Below are positions 9,928 through 20,430 of a stretch of 64,000 bases of DNA, piece by piece. This stretch comes from an uncultured Clostridia bacterium (lineage in GTDB: Bacteria; Bacillota; Clostridia; Oscillospirales; CAG-272), in NCBI GenBank assembly GCA_944381085.1, contig CALWJX010000093.1, forward strand, positions 11,240-75,239, written 5' to 3'. A program made the translations under genes and the position numbers. The notes under the pieces are model-generated. The model did not search any database. It was not told where the DNA came from and saw nothing but the letters and a program-made list of their open reading frames with translations. The stretch's first letter is position 1. Each line of letters starts with the position of its first letter.

Positions 9928-10674
9928 ATGTTCGCTATATATAAAAAAGAGATGCGTTCTTATTTCATAAATCCCATAGGCTATGTATTTACGGGAATTT
10001 TTCTAGTGTTTGCTTCTCTTATTTGTTGTTATACCACAATACTGTCGGCAAGTTATGACACTTCCTCATATTTTACGCTGATGATTTTTGCGCTGATAGT
10101 GCTTATCCCCTTGCTTACCATGCGATTGTTTGCCGAGGAACGGAAAATGCGCACCGAGCAGCTTCTGCTTACCGCGCCCGTAACGCTTACGGGCATGGTG
10201 GTGGGAAAATTTCTCGCCGCGCTGACAATGTTCGTGGGCTGCGTCGCGGTTTCCTGCATCAATTTTATTCCCCTTTATGTAATAGCCAATGCGGAGAGGG
10301 GAAACACCTCATATGACACTACGCATATAGGACCCGTTAGCTCGCAGATTATAGGCGGGCTTATAGGATTGATTCTTATAGGAGCCGCGTTTATAGCCAT
10401 CGGCACCTTTATTTCGTCAATGACGGAAAACCAGCTCGCGGCGGCGGTTATTACCATTTCGGTAATAATCGTGCTCGTGCTTGTCGGAGTCGTTTCACAG
10501 TTTGTGGACGTTTACTGGGTGCGCGCTGTGCTTGACTGGATATCGGTGCTCAGCAGATTCGGAAACTTCGGCAACGGAATTTTTGATTTTGCGTCACTGT
10601 TTTATTATGCGTCGATTGCTTTTATTTTTCTTTTCCTTACGGTAAGGATTTACGAAAAACGCCGCTGGGGTTGA
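9928..10674 (+). CDS. ABC-2 type permease (GldF-like)
   Basis: Polytopic membrane protein. The start was re-called to ATG 9928 (MFAIYKKEMRSYFINPIGYVF), a typical ABC-2 N-terminus. Confidence 0.85.
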   Translation: MFAIYKKEMRSYFINPIGYVFTGIFLVFASLICCYTTILSASYDTSSYFTLMIFALIVLIPLLTMRLFAEERKMRTEQLLLTAPVTLTGMVVGKFLAALTMFVGCVAVSCINFIPLYVIANAERGNTSYDTTHIGPVSSQIIGGLIGLILIGAAFIAIGTFISSMTENQLAAAVITISVIIVLVLVGVVSQFVDVYWVRAVLDWISVLSRFGNFGNGIFDFASLFYYASIAFIFLFLTVRIYEKRRWG

Positions 10675-10919
10675 TATTGTATTGCAATTAACGGTTGCAA
10701 GGATTTCCGTTATAAAAGCGGAAAACACTAAAAAATCTGCCGGCAGATTGGCGGAATGTTGTAAGTATCATTGAAAACACAGGCAGACGCTTACTCACCG
10801 AAGCAGAGCTATATTAATAAAACTGACTTTCGGGAATGCTTAAATAAAACGCGGCATTCTTTGGATTTTTACGGTGAAATATTATAAATAAGCCGCGGTA
10901 TGCGGCGTGGAGAACATTG

Positions 10920-12473
10920 ATGAGAGGAACAACAAAGAGCCGCCGTATGAAATACGGAAGCGTGAGTGCGGCGCTGACAATTCTGACGGTTGCCGCCGTT
11001 GTAATCGCGAACGTGATATTTACCGCGCTTTGCGGCAGATACGGTTGGTATGTTGATATGTCGTCCGATCTGATGTACAAAGTAACAGAGGATTGCAAAG
11101 AATACCTTGACGAATATGTAATCAGCGAGGTTAAAAAAGCAAACGACTCCGAAGGCGGGAACGAAAAGGTTACAATTCTTTTTTGTGATGACAGAGAAAA
11201 TATAGAAAGCGAAATTACTCAAAATTATATACTGGGTTCAGCCCTTGAAATTCAGGAAATGTTTCCGGATTATGTGGAAATCGATTTTCTCAACATATGG
11301 GAAAATCCCTCGATTGCGAGAAGCTACGGCATAACCGCGTCCACCAATGTGGCTTTTCTGTACAGCGACAGACATGTGGTTCTCAGTCTGGCGGATTTTT
11401 ATATTTTTGAAGCCGCGGACACCGAAACGCCGGTGGCATATAACGGCGAAAAAAGACTGGCTACGGGAATGATGAGGGTAGTTCAGGAAAACACCCCGAT
11501 GTGTTATCTGACCGTTAATCACGGGGAAACCGTGGAAGACTATGAGCTTATGTACATGATAGCCGACGCGGGATACAACTACACTTATCTGGACTTGCTT
11601 AATTATGATATTCCGGAAGACTGTGAGTTGCTGATTACTTTTAACCCGACTCAGGATTTTACGTCTAACGACAATGTATCGTCGGTATCCGAAACCGATA
11701 AGATACGTGAATATATGAACAACGGCGGTAAATATATGGTTTTCGTGTCTGCCGATACATTTGTGTCGGGAGGTCATGAAAATCTTGAAGAACTGCTTGC
11801 CGAATGGGGCGTGCGGTATATGCATTCCACCGGAGAGGACGGAATTGAAAACTGCTACACCATCAAAGATTCCATGCATTCAACCACCACGGACGGATAT
11901 ACAATACTCGCCCAAAATACCCCGTCCGGTTTTGGCGCCGAAATATTGAAAGACATCACAAAGCCAAACGTATTCGGAAATTCTACGTGCATCAGCCCGT
12001 CCGATGGGTTTACTCTTGACTCCGAGGGAAATTATGTCTCCGATGCATACGGAAGCACAAGAACACTTACACCTCTGTTTGTATCCGATACAAGCGCGGA
12101 GGCGTGGGCGTCGGGCAGAGTTGTCGCCAAAGCCACTGATGACCCGTTTGTCCTCATGTCACTTACAAAACAGGAAAACGCGCAGGGAAATACTTCCTAT
12201 CTTCTTGCGAGCGCATCCACCGAATTTGGCTCCGAATCCGCCATGCAGTCGGCCGTTTTCGGCAATTCACAGACCCTGTCTACAATACTGAAGTATATGG
12301 GTAAGGAAAATGTGCCGACAAATCTGACATTTAAGCCCTTCGGAGATACCGATATTGACAGTATAACCACCGCTCAGTCCACAACAATAACTATTGTGCT
12401 TGCCGCAGTTCCGGCGGCGGTGATTCTCGGAACCGGGATAGTAATTCTTGTGAAAAGAAAAAACGCGGTCTGA
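10920..12473 (+). CDS. GldG-like ABC-transport auxiliary protein, paralog 1
   Basis: N-terminal TM (SVSAALTILTVAAVVIANVIF) and C-terminal TM anchor. Shares the motif PVAYNGEKRLATGM with the next gene. ATG 10920 is 7 nt after GGAG. Confidence 0.75.
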   Translation: MRGTTKSRRMKYGSVSAALTILTVAAVVIANVIFTALCGRYGWYVDMSSDLMYKVTEDCKEYLDEYVISEVKKANDSEGGNEKVTILFCDDRENIESEITQNYILGSALEIQEMFPDYVEIDFLNIWENPSIARSYGITASTNVAFLYSDRHVVLSLADFYIFEAADTETPVAYNGEKRLATGMMRVVQENTPMCYLTVNHGETVEDYELMYMIADAGYNYTYLDLLNYDIPEDCELLITFNPTQDFTSNDNVSSVSETDKIREYMNNGGKYMVFVSADTFVSGGHENLEELLAEWGVRYMHSTGEDGIENCYTIKDSMHSTTTDGYTILAQNTPSGFGAEILKDITKPNVFGNSTCISPSDGFTLDSEGNYVSDAYGSTRTLTPLFVSDTSAEAWASGRVVAKATDDPFVLMSLTKQENAQGNTSYLLASASTEFGSESAMQSAVFGNSQTLSTILKYMGKENVPTNLTFKPFGDTDIDSITTAQSTTITIVLAAVPAAVILGTGIVILVKRKNAV

Positions 12474-12665
12474 ATGCTTGAGTATGTAAAACCCGAAGCG
12501 CGGTTGAAATGTTAAAGCCTCAAAAAGCATTCGGCTTCGGGCGCCGGACGTAAAGTTTTACGGCGCGGCACAGACCTATTAAATACTCAGCGCGAAGGCT
12601 CTACGAAAGGAAACGCAAAACCAAATGAATTATATTGTTGCAGAATCGGGAAGGGAGGATAAGAT

Positions 12666-14423
12666 ATGAACGAGCAAAATCATCGGTCGGAAGAAAAGCC
12701 TGAAGAAAACGACACAGTGAAAGAAGATAACTCCCGGTTATACCGCAGGAAAAGCAAAAAACGGATTTTTGCCGTAAGCGCGATCGTAATAGCGGCGGTA
12801 ATAGTTTTAAATGTGGCGTTCAGCGCGCTCACTTCACATGAATTGTGGTTTGCCGATCTGACATATACAAGGTATAAAAGCAATCCCTCGTCCTTTTACC
12901 GGATGACCGACGTTTTCAAGAATCTCATAGAAGACGAGGCAATACCCATGATAGACGGTGTGAATGAGGAGAGAGAGGCGGCGGGAGAGGATCCAATAAA
13001 ACTTAAAATCATTTTCTGCACCGATCCTGACTATGTAAACAACAACACATATCTGCGCTACGTCAATTATACCGCCAAAAGTCTTGAAAAAGAATTTAAC
13101 GACCAGATAGAAGTCGAATATATTAATATATCGAAAAATCCTTCTGCGGTTCAGAAATATAAAATCACATCCGCCGCGTCTATATATTCATCTGACGTTA
13201 TTGTGGAATTCGGTACCGAATATATAGTCAATAATATTCTTTCGTTTTTTACCTCAAACTCGGATTCCGAAGCCCCGTGGGCTTACAACGGGGAAAAGAG
13301 AATGGCTTCCGCTATTCTATCCGTTACCAGAGCGGAGGCTCCTATTTGCTGTATAACCACAAATCACGGAGAACCTTTGTATGACGCGGACGGAAATATT
13401 AATGAGGAGTATACCGCTTTCGCGAAGACCATAGAGGGAGCGGGATATATTCTTCAGCCGCTCGACCTTGAAAATGAGGAAATCCCGGAAAACTGCAGGA
13501 TGATTATCACTTTTAATCCTAAAGAAGATTTCAAAGCGTACGGAAGTCTGGGGGAAAACGGAGTCTCGGAAATAGAAAAACTTGACCGGTATCTTGACAA
13601 CGCGTATACTTTCTTTTACGTTTGCGACAGGACTACCCCTGTGCTTACAAATCTTGAAGAATATCTTCAGGAATGGGGAATCACGGTAAGCCGGGTAAGC
13701 GACTCTGCCGGTACGTACGAGAATTACAGTATAAAAGATACCGCCATGAATGTCGATGCCGGAGTGGGGGACCGGTTGCTCGGCAATTACGCCACAAACG
13801 GCTTGGGAGCTTCACTTACCACCGAGCTTCGTTCACTTGGTTATCCCCCAAGCGTAGTATTCGGTAACAGTACGGCTATCTCGGTAGCGGATAATTACAA
13901 TAAGACATATGTCCAGGCAGACGAGACCGAAGGTACTCAGGCTTACGAATATTACAGTTATGCCAGAAACGGCGTATATAGATATATGTACGATATTTTC
14001 ACCACGTATGATTCGGCAACGGCTCAGATAGGCGGAGAGACATATGAAATGGCAACAAGCGAAAAGCTGTTTAAAATTATGACAATTACACAGGAGTACA
14101 GACAGATACAGGAGGACAATTACAGTACTGTAAATGACGCCTCTTATGTGCTTGCGTTGGCTTCAACCGATTTTGTCTCCAATGAAGTTCTCAACTCCAC
14201 GGCATACGGAAACACAGATGTTTTGCTGTCATGCCTGAGAAGAACAAGCAGAGAGGTAATACCGGTAAATATTGACCTTAAGGCGTTCTATATATATGAT
14301 ATTGATGAAAACTCAATGTCCGACGAAACAAATAAAGCATATACGGTTTGTTTTGCGGTTATACCTGCGCTTATAGTCTTCGCGGTCGGCACGGTGGTGA
14401 TTGTAAAACGAAAGTATATGTGA
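12666..14423 (+). CDS. GldG-like ABC-transport auxiliary protein, paralog 2
   Basis: Same architecture as paralog 1: N- and C-terminal TM anchors, PWAYNGEKRMASAI motif, ITFNP block. GGGAGGA RBS. Confidence 0.75.
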   Translation: MNEQNHRSEEKPEENDTVKEDNSRLYRRKSKKRIFAVSAIVIAAVIVLNVAFSALTSHELWFADLTYTRYKSNPSSFYRMTDVFKNLIEDEAIPMIDGVNEEREAAGEDPIKLKIIFCTDPDYVNNNTYLRYVNYTAKSLEKEFNDQIEVEYINISKNPSAVQKYKITSAASIYSSDVIVEFGTEYIVNNILSFFTSNSDSEAPWAYNGEKRMASAILSVTRAEAPICCITTNHGEPLYDADGNINEEYTAFAKTIEGAGYILQPLDLENEEIPENCRMIITFNPKEDFKAYGSLGENGVSEIEKLDRYLDNAYTFFYVCDRTTPVLTNLEEYLQEWGITVSRVSDSAGTYENYSIKDTAMNVDAGVGDRLLGNYATNGLGASLTTELRSLGYPPSVVFGNSTAISVADNYNKTYVQADETEGTQAYEYYSYARNGVYRYMYDIFTTYDSATAQIGGETYEMATSEKLFKIMTITQEYRQIQEDNYSTVNDASYVLALASTDFVSNEVLNSTAYGNTDVLLSCLRRTSREVIPVNIDLKAFYIYDIDENSMSDETNKAYTVCFAVIPALIVFAVGTVVIVKRKYM

Positions 14424-14461
14424 TTTCGTCTTATATAAACCCATGAAAGGATGTTTATTTT

Positions 14462-17400
14462 ATGCCGATAACGGATGATAATATTATTAATATAATTTTT
14501 AACCCCGGAAAAGGAAGATGCGAGACCCGGACGGTTGAGGCGGAAAAAGGAAAAAGATTTCCGACGCTTCCCAAAGCCAAAAGAGAAGGGTACGAATTCA
14601 AGGGTTGGTATACCTCAAGAGAGGGCGGAACAAGAGTAAGTACGGGAGACATTGTTGAGTTCAATGAAGATACCGTGCTGTATGCCGTATGGGTTAAAGC
14701 CTCCGACAGTGAAGTGATTTTAGACAAAAGAAAAAACCGAACCATGCTGAGAAAGCAAAAGAGGGCAATAGTTATTCTCGTTGCGGCAGTTGTACTGTTG
14801 GCTACACTTCTCGGCGTGGTAAACTATATTATCGATATCTATTTTTACGATGATTTTGACGGTGTAAGATATTATATTAAAAAGAGCGACGGCGTATACG
14901 GGCTTTATAATAAAGACGGCTCTGTTTGCGATATAAATGACGAAGGGTATTATCAGACAAAATTGGGAACGCAGCTTGAAATAGATCCCGAAACCGGAGA
15001 ACATGAAATTTATGCCGTAGTGGACACCGAAGGAACCGAAATGATAGGATATTCCGGCAGAGTGCTCATGTTCAGACAATTGACATACGACGAGTCCTCA
15101 ACTCTTGACCAATCAAGAGTCATCAAATCAATTGAGGTTCACAACGAGTACGGCGGATATACCTTTGAGCGAAACGACGACATGGATTTTGTCATCAAGG
15201 GTAACGAGGATGTGGCATATAATAAAGAAAGCTTTGCAAAACTCGCAGTCGCTTGCGGATATACTTTATCCATGCAGAGGCTTGAAAATCCCAGACGGCT
15301 GTCAGACGGGAGCATTGACCTTGCCGAGTACGGGCTTTGCGACCAGACCAGGACAAAAACGGAAACCGATGAAGACGGAAATGAAGTTACGGTCGAATAT
15401 GAATATTCACCCGCATGGTATGTAATTACCACTATGACAGGGGAACAACACAAGGTAATTATAGGCGACCAGATAGTATCGGGCGCGGGATATTACGCGC
15501 AGTATGAGGGCAGAGACACTATATATATCCTCAATTCAAGCGGATTTTCGGATGTTATGCTGCAGAAGCTTGAGGCTGTCGTTACACCTTTAATCATATA
15601 TCCCATGTCAACCACCACAAACTACAATGTTGCCGATTTCCGTATATATAAGGACATTGATTATAAGGCAATCGAGGAAGAAATTATTGACAAATACGGC
15701 GATTCACTTGCCGACATGGATGAGGAAGAACTGACCAAAATTTATTTTGAAACATTTGAGAAGTACAGCACTTTGATGTGTGATTTCTCATTTCAGGATT
15801 TGGATGAACGCGCCAACAGCATGTACTCGACCCTGCCATACATTTCACATCTTGAGTATTCGGGCGGATATTATATAAACAGCGATAATATCAGCAATAT
15901 GCTGTACTTGCTTGCGAGCATGGAATTTGTCGAGGTTGTAAAGCTCAACCCAACCGATGAGGATTTGGAAGAATACGGACTCGTATATCCGGAATATATT
16001 GTTGACTTTTTATATCACTCGCCCGATGAAGAGGACGAGGAAATATATATAGCAAATCACTTTGAGGTCAGTTCGAAAAACAAAGACGGACAGTATTATG
16101 CCTATTCGGACACATATGACATGATAGTTTGTGTGGACGAAAGCTATTTTACTTACCTTGAATGGGAAGAAGTGGACTGGTATGACCCGGAATATGTGCA
16201 GTTTGATATTTCCTTTATCAAAGATATAATTATAGAGTCGCCAGGGTACAGCACGCATTTCAAATTTGAGAATTCCGCGTCAAAAATCGCCGATTATTTT
16301 TCTCAGATAGGAAACCAATATACCGACAGCGGAAATAATGTTTATAAAATAGAGAAGAGCGAAGACGGCAAATACGTACTCACCCATAACGGGGAACGGG
16401 TAAATCCGATATACCGGGGAGATTATCTTGTAAGCGCGCTGGTATATAATGAAGGAGTAAACGAATATGGAGAATATGCCTTTGTAGAAACCAAAATCGC
16501 GGACTCGAACAACGACGGTACAAACGATACGGTAACTTACTATTATTATTATGTGACAATGGTTGACGGAAAGTATACCATCGCCACCAGAATAGTAACC
16601 ACGGATACGCAAGGCAACAGAATCGCGACTGACCAGACAAGATACGGCACTCCGTATTACACTTCGGATTATTTTGTAACTTCAAACGGATTTTTGTATT
16701 TCACCTCGAAATCCTCGTATATGGGCAAAACGCTTGACGAAAAGTACGGAGCGTATAAAAACGGCGAATGGCACACGGGCAATGTTTTCCTTACGGCGGA
16801 CGGAGCATATGTGCTTGTGGATTCCGAGGACGGTACATGGGCTGAAGTGAAAGGCGTCACAAGCGGACTTTACTTCGGAGACAAGGACGACAGTATGCTT
16901 TCAAAGACAAGCATCCAGACAACGCCGCGCTATAATGAATTCGGAGAACTGACAAGGCCGCCGGAAACCTACTACGCTACAACAACAGAGCAAATAAGAT
17001 ATAATGAATCAACGGGCAAAGTAGAAGTTTATAACAGCACTAAAAAAGAATGGGAAAACGCGACATTTGACGATTGTACCATAGGTCTGTGGAATACCGG
17101 AGCATATTATAAAACCGAGAGCGGGGAATATATTATAATAAACGAGGAAACCGGCGATTGGGGTATAATGACGCTTAGCACCACTAATTCCTCAAACGCC
17201 TATGTCTTTGCCGACGATGTTTTGCTCGACTATATTATAAAAACAACTTCATCGACCGGAAGAGTCCAGGACAGCACCGCGACATATAACTTCAGACAGT
17301 TTTACAAAGCGTTGCTGTACGCCTCACTTGAGGGAATGTCTGACCTCAGCGATGAAGAAATGGCTGCTTTGCGTGAACTTGACGATTTTTCCTCTACGGA

Positions 17401-17668
17401 CCCGAATAATCCTTGTCAATTGAAAATAACGATATATTGCAAGGATAATTCCGGCAATGAAAGAAATCTTGTCTACAGATTTTACAGATATACCGAACGC
17501 AAGTCCTATATAACAATAGAGGTGTTAGATGAAGCGGACAGCTCTAATTCGGACTCAACGAAAGGATACGGTAATTTTTACGTGCTCGGCTCGTTTATTG
17601 ATAAAATTATAAGCGACGCGCAAAAAGTAGTGAACGGCGAAGAAGTAGTATCCACATCAAAATATTAA
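14462..17668 (+). CDS. Giant single-pass membrane protein. An N-terminal Flg_new/InlB-B-type repeat precedes the TM, followed by a roughly 940-aa extracytoplasmic region (DUF4340-like by context).
   Basis: 1068-aa ORF. Has the motif GYEFKGWYTSREGGTRV...VLYAVW, then the TM segment AIVILVAAVVLLATLLGVVNYII. DUF4340 genes typically follow gldG-like genes; this assignment is from memory and no HMM was run. Confidence 0.7.
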   Translation: MPITDDNIINIIFNPGKGRCETRTVEAEKGKRFPTLPKAKREGYEFKGWYTSREGGTRVSTGDIVEFNEDTVLYAVWVKASDSEVILDKRKNRTMLRKQKRAIVILVAAVVLLATLLGVVNYIIDIYFYDDFDGVRYYIKKSDGVYGLYNKDGSVCDINDEGYYQTKLGTQLEIDPETGEHEIYAVVDTEGTEMIGYSGRVLMFRQLTYDESSTLDQSRVIKSIEVHNEYGGYTFERNDDMDFVIKGNEDVAYNKESFAKLAVACGYTLSMQRLENPRRLSDGSIDLAEYGLCDQTRTKTETDEDGNEVTVEYEYSPAWYVITTMTGEQHKVIIGDQIVSGAGYYAQYEGRDTIYILNSSGFSDVMLQKLEAVVTPLIIYPMSTTTNYNVADFRIYKDIDYKAIEEEIIDKYGDSLADMDEEELTKIYFETFEKYSTLMCDFSFQDLDERANSMYSTLPYISHLEYSGGYYINSDNISNMLYLLASMEFVEVVKLNPTDEDLEEYGLVYPEYIVDFLYHSPDEEDEEIYIANHFEVSSKNKDGQYYAYSDTYDMIVCVDESYFTYLEWEEVDWYDPEYVQFDISFIKDIIIESPGYSTHFKFENSASKIADYFSQIGNQYTDSGNNVYKIEKSEDGKYVLTHNGERVNPIYRGDYLVSALVYNEGVNEYGEYAFVETKIADSNNDGTNDTVTYYYYYVTMVDGKYTIATRIVTTDTQGNRIATDQTRYGTPYYTSDYFVTSNGFLYFTSKSSYMGKTLDEKYGAYKNGEWHTGNVFLTADGAYVLVDSEDGTWAEVKGVTSGLYFGDKDDSMLSKTSIQTTPRYNEFGELTRPPETYYATTTEQIRYNESTGKVEVYNSTKKEWENATFDDCTIGLWNTGAYYKTESGEYIIINEETGDWGIMTLSTTNSSNAYVFADDVLLDYIIKTTSSTGRVQDSTATYNFRQFYKALLYASLEGMSDLSDEEMAALRELDDFSSTDPNNPCQLKITIYCKDNSGNERNLVYRFYRYTERKSYITIEVLDEADSSNSDSTKGYGNFYVLGSFIDKIISDAQKVVNGEEVVSTSKY

Positions 17669-17675
17669 AATTATA

Positions 17676-17707
17676 CCGCAGGCATTTCAGAGTGCCTGCG
17701 GATTTTT
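17676..17707 (+). terminator. Rho-independent terminator after the ABC/GldG/DUF4340 cluster
   Basis: CCGCAGGCA-tttcagag-TGCCTGCGG followed by ATTTTT. Confidence 0.8.
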
Positions 17708-17781
17708 AAATCTATTTGATTTCTTTTTACTATCTGTTTTTTCTGTCATTATAATAGACAGGCAAATCGCGGAAATCAATA

Positions 17782-17810
17782 TTGAAATAATTTCATATAA
17801 GTGGTATAAT
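17782..17810 (+). promoter_or_regulatory. SigA-type promoter (TTGAAA-17-TATAAT with TGg extension)
   Basis: The hexamers are TTGAAA (one mismatch to the TTGACA consensus) and a perfect TATAAT, with 17-bp spacing. It lies about 190 nt upstream of the acetyltransferase start. Confidence 0.55.
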
Positions 17811-18003
17811 TGTTAAAAAGAAAGCAATTCTGCTCAATATCTTTTAATAACGGGCAAAGCCCCATCATTAAATGTTTTAGCTTATATCTCATCTCCCTAC
17901 TGAAAAAATCAAGTGACGCCGACTAAGGAGAGTGGACATTTTAAATTTAGTAATATATGACTTAATATGCTTTCTTAATTTACAATTATCGGAGGAAACT
18001 TTT

Positions 18004-18600
18004 ATGTCTGAAAAACCGGAAGTGCCGTTAAATTGTTTTTTTTGCGGAAGCTACAACCCCGTTTATGAAGAGGAGATCAAAAAAGCCAAAGACAAATGTT
18101 ATAAATATAATCAGCTGTCTCCGAATGACAGGGAAGCGCAGAATAAAATACTCTCGGAATTGTTGGGCGGCATGGGAAGTAGTGTCACAATAACTCCCCC
18201 GTTCTGGTGCGATTACGGATACAATATCACTGTAGGCGACTTTTTTTATTCAAATCACAATCTTATAATTACCGACGGGGCGAAAGTAAGCTTTGGCGAC
18301 AACGTCTTTGTAGCGCCTAACTGTTGTTTCACCACAGCGGAGCACGCGATAGACCCGGAATTGCGCAAACGTGGGGTTGAGGTGGCCAAACCCATAAATA
18401 TCGGCAACAATGTATGGATAGGCGCGGGCGCTACAGTCCTTGCCGGAGTAAGTATCGGTGACAACACCGTAATCGGCGCGGGAAGTGTGGTTACAAAATC
18501 CATACCTGACAATGTGGTCGCGGTCGGCGTGCCGTGCAGGATAATAAGGAAAATTTCAGAAGAGGACAGGACACGTTATCCGATGTTTAATATCAATTAA
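18004..18600 (+). CDS. Maltose/galactoside O-acetyltransferase family (hexapeptide repeat)
   Basis: Start re-called to ATG 18004 (GGAGGA RBS). Has the Mac-type N-terminus and left-handed beta-helix repeats (IGNNVWIGAGATVLAGVSIGDNTVIGAGSVV). Confidence 0.85.
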   Translation: MSEKPEVPLNCFFCGSYNPVYEEEIKKAKDKCYKYNQLSPNDREAQNKILSELLGGMGSSVTITPPFWCDYGYNITVGDFFYSNHNLIITDGAKVSFGDNVFVAPNCCFTTAEHAIDPELRKRGVEVAKPINIGNNVWIGAGATVLAGVSIGDNTVIGAGSVVTKSIPDNVVAVGVPCRIIRKISEEDRTRYPMFNIN

Positions 18601-18878
18601 AACCCGGCTTGCGCCGGGTTTCCGGGTGTAGACAAAAGGCGCATCAGATTAAAATCGCGCGAAAGCGTTCATCCGCTTTTTCTTTGAGCGTGTAGGCGCA
18701 AAGGAAAAAAGCCTAGCAAAAAAACGGCATATGGGAATTACGCCACCCGCGTACCCACCGCGCAAACTTTTAAAAAAGTTTAATCAAAACTTTCATCAAA
18801 CTGCCGAAAGCCCTTGCTTCGGTCTACAGTCTGAATTCTGTATCTTATAACGCGACGAATACTCTTACATATCAAGCG

Positions 18879-19403
18879 TCAGGAAAGCTTTTTAATATTT
18901 TTCTCGGCAAAGCTTCTGTCTTTCATGTCCGAATACAGGTCCATATAATCTTCAAAGGTAACGCTTGTGTTTAATGTCATTATTTCCATATCAACCCCGA
19001 AAAGACTTACTTTCAATCCGTTGAGACAAAGACCGCAGCGCTCGTAAAACTGCTTTCTTCTGTTTTGAATTTCTCCGGAGTTATGGTCTTCGATTTCAAG
19101 AAAAATTTTTTTATCGCTGTATTTTTCAGCCAGCAAACCGAGCGACTTTGCGCCCAGACCCTTGGAGCGCATTTCCGGCTTTACCGCAAAATAATCTATA
19201 AGCGCAAAATCTTTATAAAAATACAGATAAAAAAATCCCGAAAATTCGTTTTCATACATGATTTTACACAGCTGCGCCTTACCGCGCTCAAACATGTCGG
19301 TAAGCATTTTGAAGGGCTTTCGTTCCGATTTTGGGAAAGCCGTAATGTACAATTCTTCAATCTCGGGATAATCTATAAGCTCCGCTCTTTTTATTTCCAA
19401 CAT
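18879..19403 (-). CDS. GNAT family N-acetyltransferase
   Basis: 174 aa with an acetyl-CoA binding region (VKPEMRSKGLGAKSL). Confidence 0.8.
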   Translation of the reverse strand: MLEIKRAELIDYPEIEELYITAFPKSERKPFKMLTDMFERGKAQLCKIMYENEFSGFFYLYFYKDFALIDYFAVKPEMRSKGLGAKSLGLLAEKYSDKKIFLEIEDHNSGEIQNRRKQFYERCGLCLNGLKVSLFGVDMEIMTLNTSVTFEDYMDLYSDMKDRSFAEKNIKKLS

Positions 19404-19423
19404 AATATATTGTTTTTTACTCC

Positions 19424-20317
19424 TTAAATTTCAGTATTTCTTATTTTCTTTTTTAAAAATCCCAGCAGAGAGAAAAAGATGAGCGCACATAGATTTACGC
19501 ATACAATACTTGCTCCCACCGGGGTTTCGTACAACACCGCAAGTATAAGCCCCGTAAACGCGCAGAAAACCGAAATCAGCGCCGATGTCAATATAACCGA
19601 GCGGTAGCTTTTACAGATTCTCATAGCCGCCATTGGGGGAAAAATAATCAATGCCGAGATAAGCAACGCTCCGGCGAGCTTCATTCCTACGACAATTACC
19701 GTAGCCGTGATTATCGCGGTAAGCAGATTGTACAAACCGACGTTAATGCCGGTAGCTCCCGCAAAACGCTCGTCAAAGGTCAGTGAAAACATCCTGTTGT
19801 AGCACAGCACAAAGAACAAAATGACCGCCGCGCACAACACAAAGCATAAGTTGACGTCGCTTCTTGAAAGCGTAAGAATGGAGGTTGAACCGAAAAGGGA
19901 AGTGCATACGTCTCCGCTTAAATTGGAAGATGAAGTGTTTGTAATATTAAGCAACAGATATCCCATCGCCAAGGCTCCGGCGGAAAGCATGGCTATAGCC
20001 GCGTCACCCATAATTTTTTTTCTTCCGCCGCTTTTAAGTAAAAAAATAGCCGTAACAACAGTTACCGGAAGCGTTAAAGTCATTCCCGCGACTCCTACAA
20101 CGGCAGAAACCGCGCCGGCTCCGAACGCGACATGCGAAAGACCGTCTCCTATCATTGAATAGCGCTTAAGCACCAAAGAGACTCCCAGAAGCGCCGAACA
20201 CAATGATATGAGAATCGCCACAATAAAAGCGTATCTTACAAATGAGAATGAAAAATATTCCGACAGCTTGGAAAAAACATTTTGCTTAACAGTCAGAAAA
20301 ATAAATAAATTGTTCAT
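19424..20317 (-). CDS. znuB: Metal (zinc/manganese) ABC transporter permease, ABC-3 family
   Basis: 297-aa polytopic membrane protein, downstream of the znuC/znuA-like genes. Confidence 0.8.
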   Translation of the reverse strand: MNNLFIFLTVKQNVFSKLSEYFSFSFVRYAFIVAILISLCSALLGVSLVLKRYSMIGDGLSHVAFGAGAVSAVVGVAGMTLTLPVTVVTAIFLLKSGGRKKIMGDAAIAMLSAGALAMGYLLLNITNTSSSNLSGDVCTSLFGSTSILTLSRSDVNLCFVLCAAVILFFVLCYNRMFSLTFDERFAGATGINVGLYNLLTAIITATVIVVGMKLAGALLISALIIFPPMAAMRICKSYRSVILTSALISVFCAFTGLILAVLYETPVGASIVCVNLCALIFFSLLGFLKKKIRNTEI

Positions 20318-20430
20318 TATTGAATTATCCGTTATACCTTAAAGGTAAGATTTTAATTTATAGTTATAAACGGCGAAACCGAAAGCCCTTTTTGACTCTG
20401 TTTTAACGTCCCGGAATAACATTTGGTCAC

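Noticed and set aside
10737-10746. Perfect 10-bp palindrome CTGCCGGCAG after the ABC-2 permease gene
   Set aside because: It is short, has no T-tract, and sits mid-operon before the GldG-like gene. It is too weak to call a terminator or operator.
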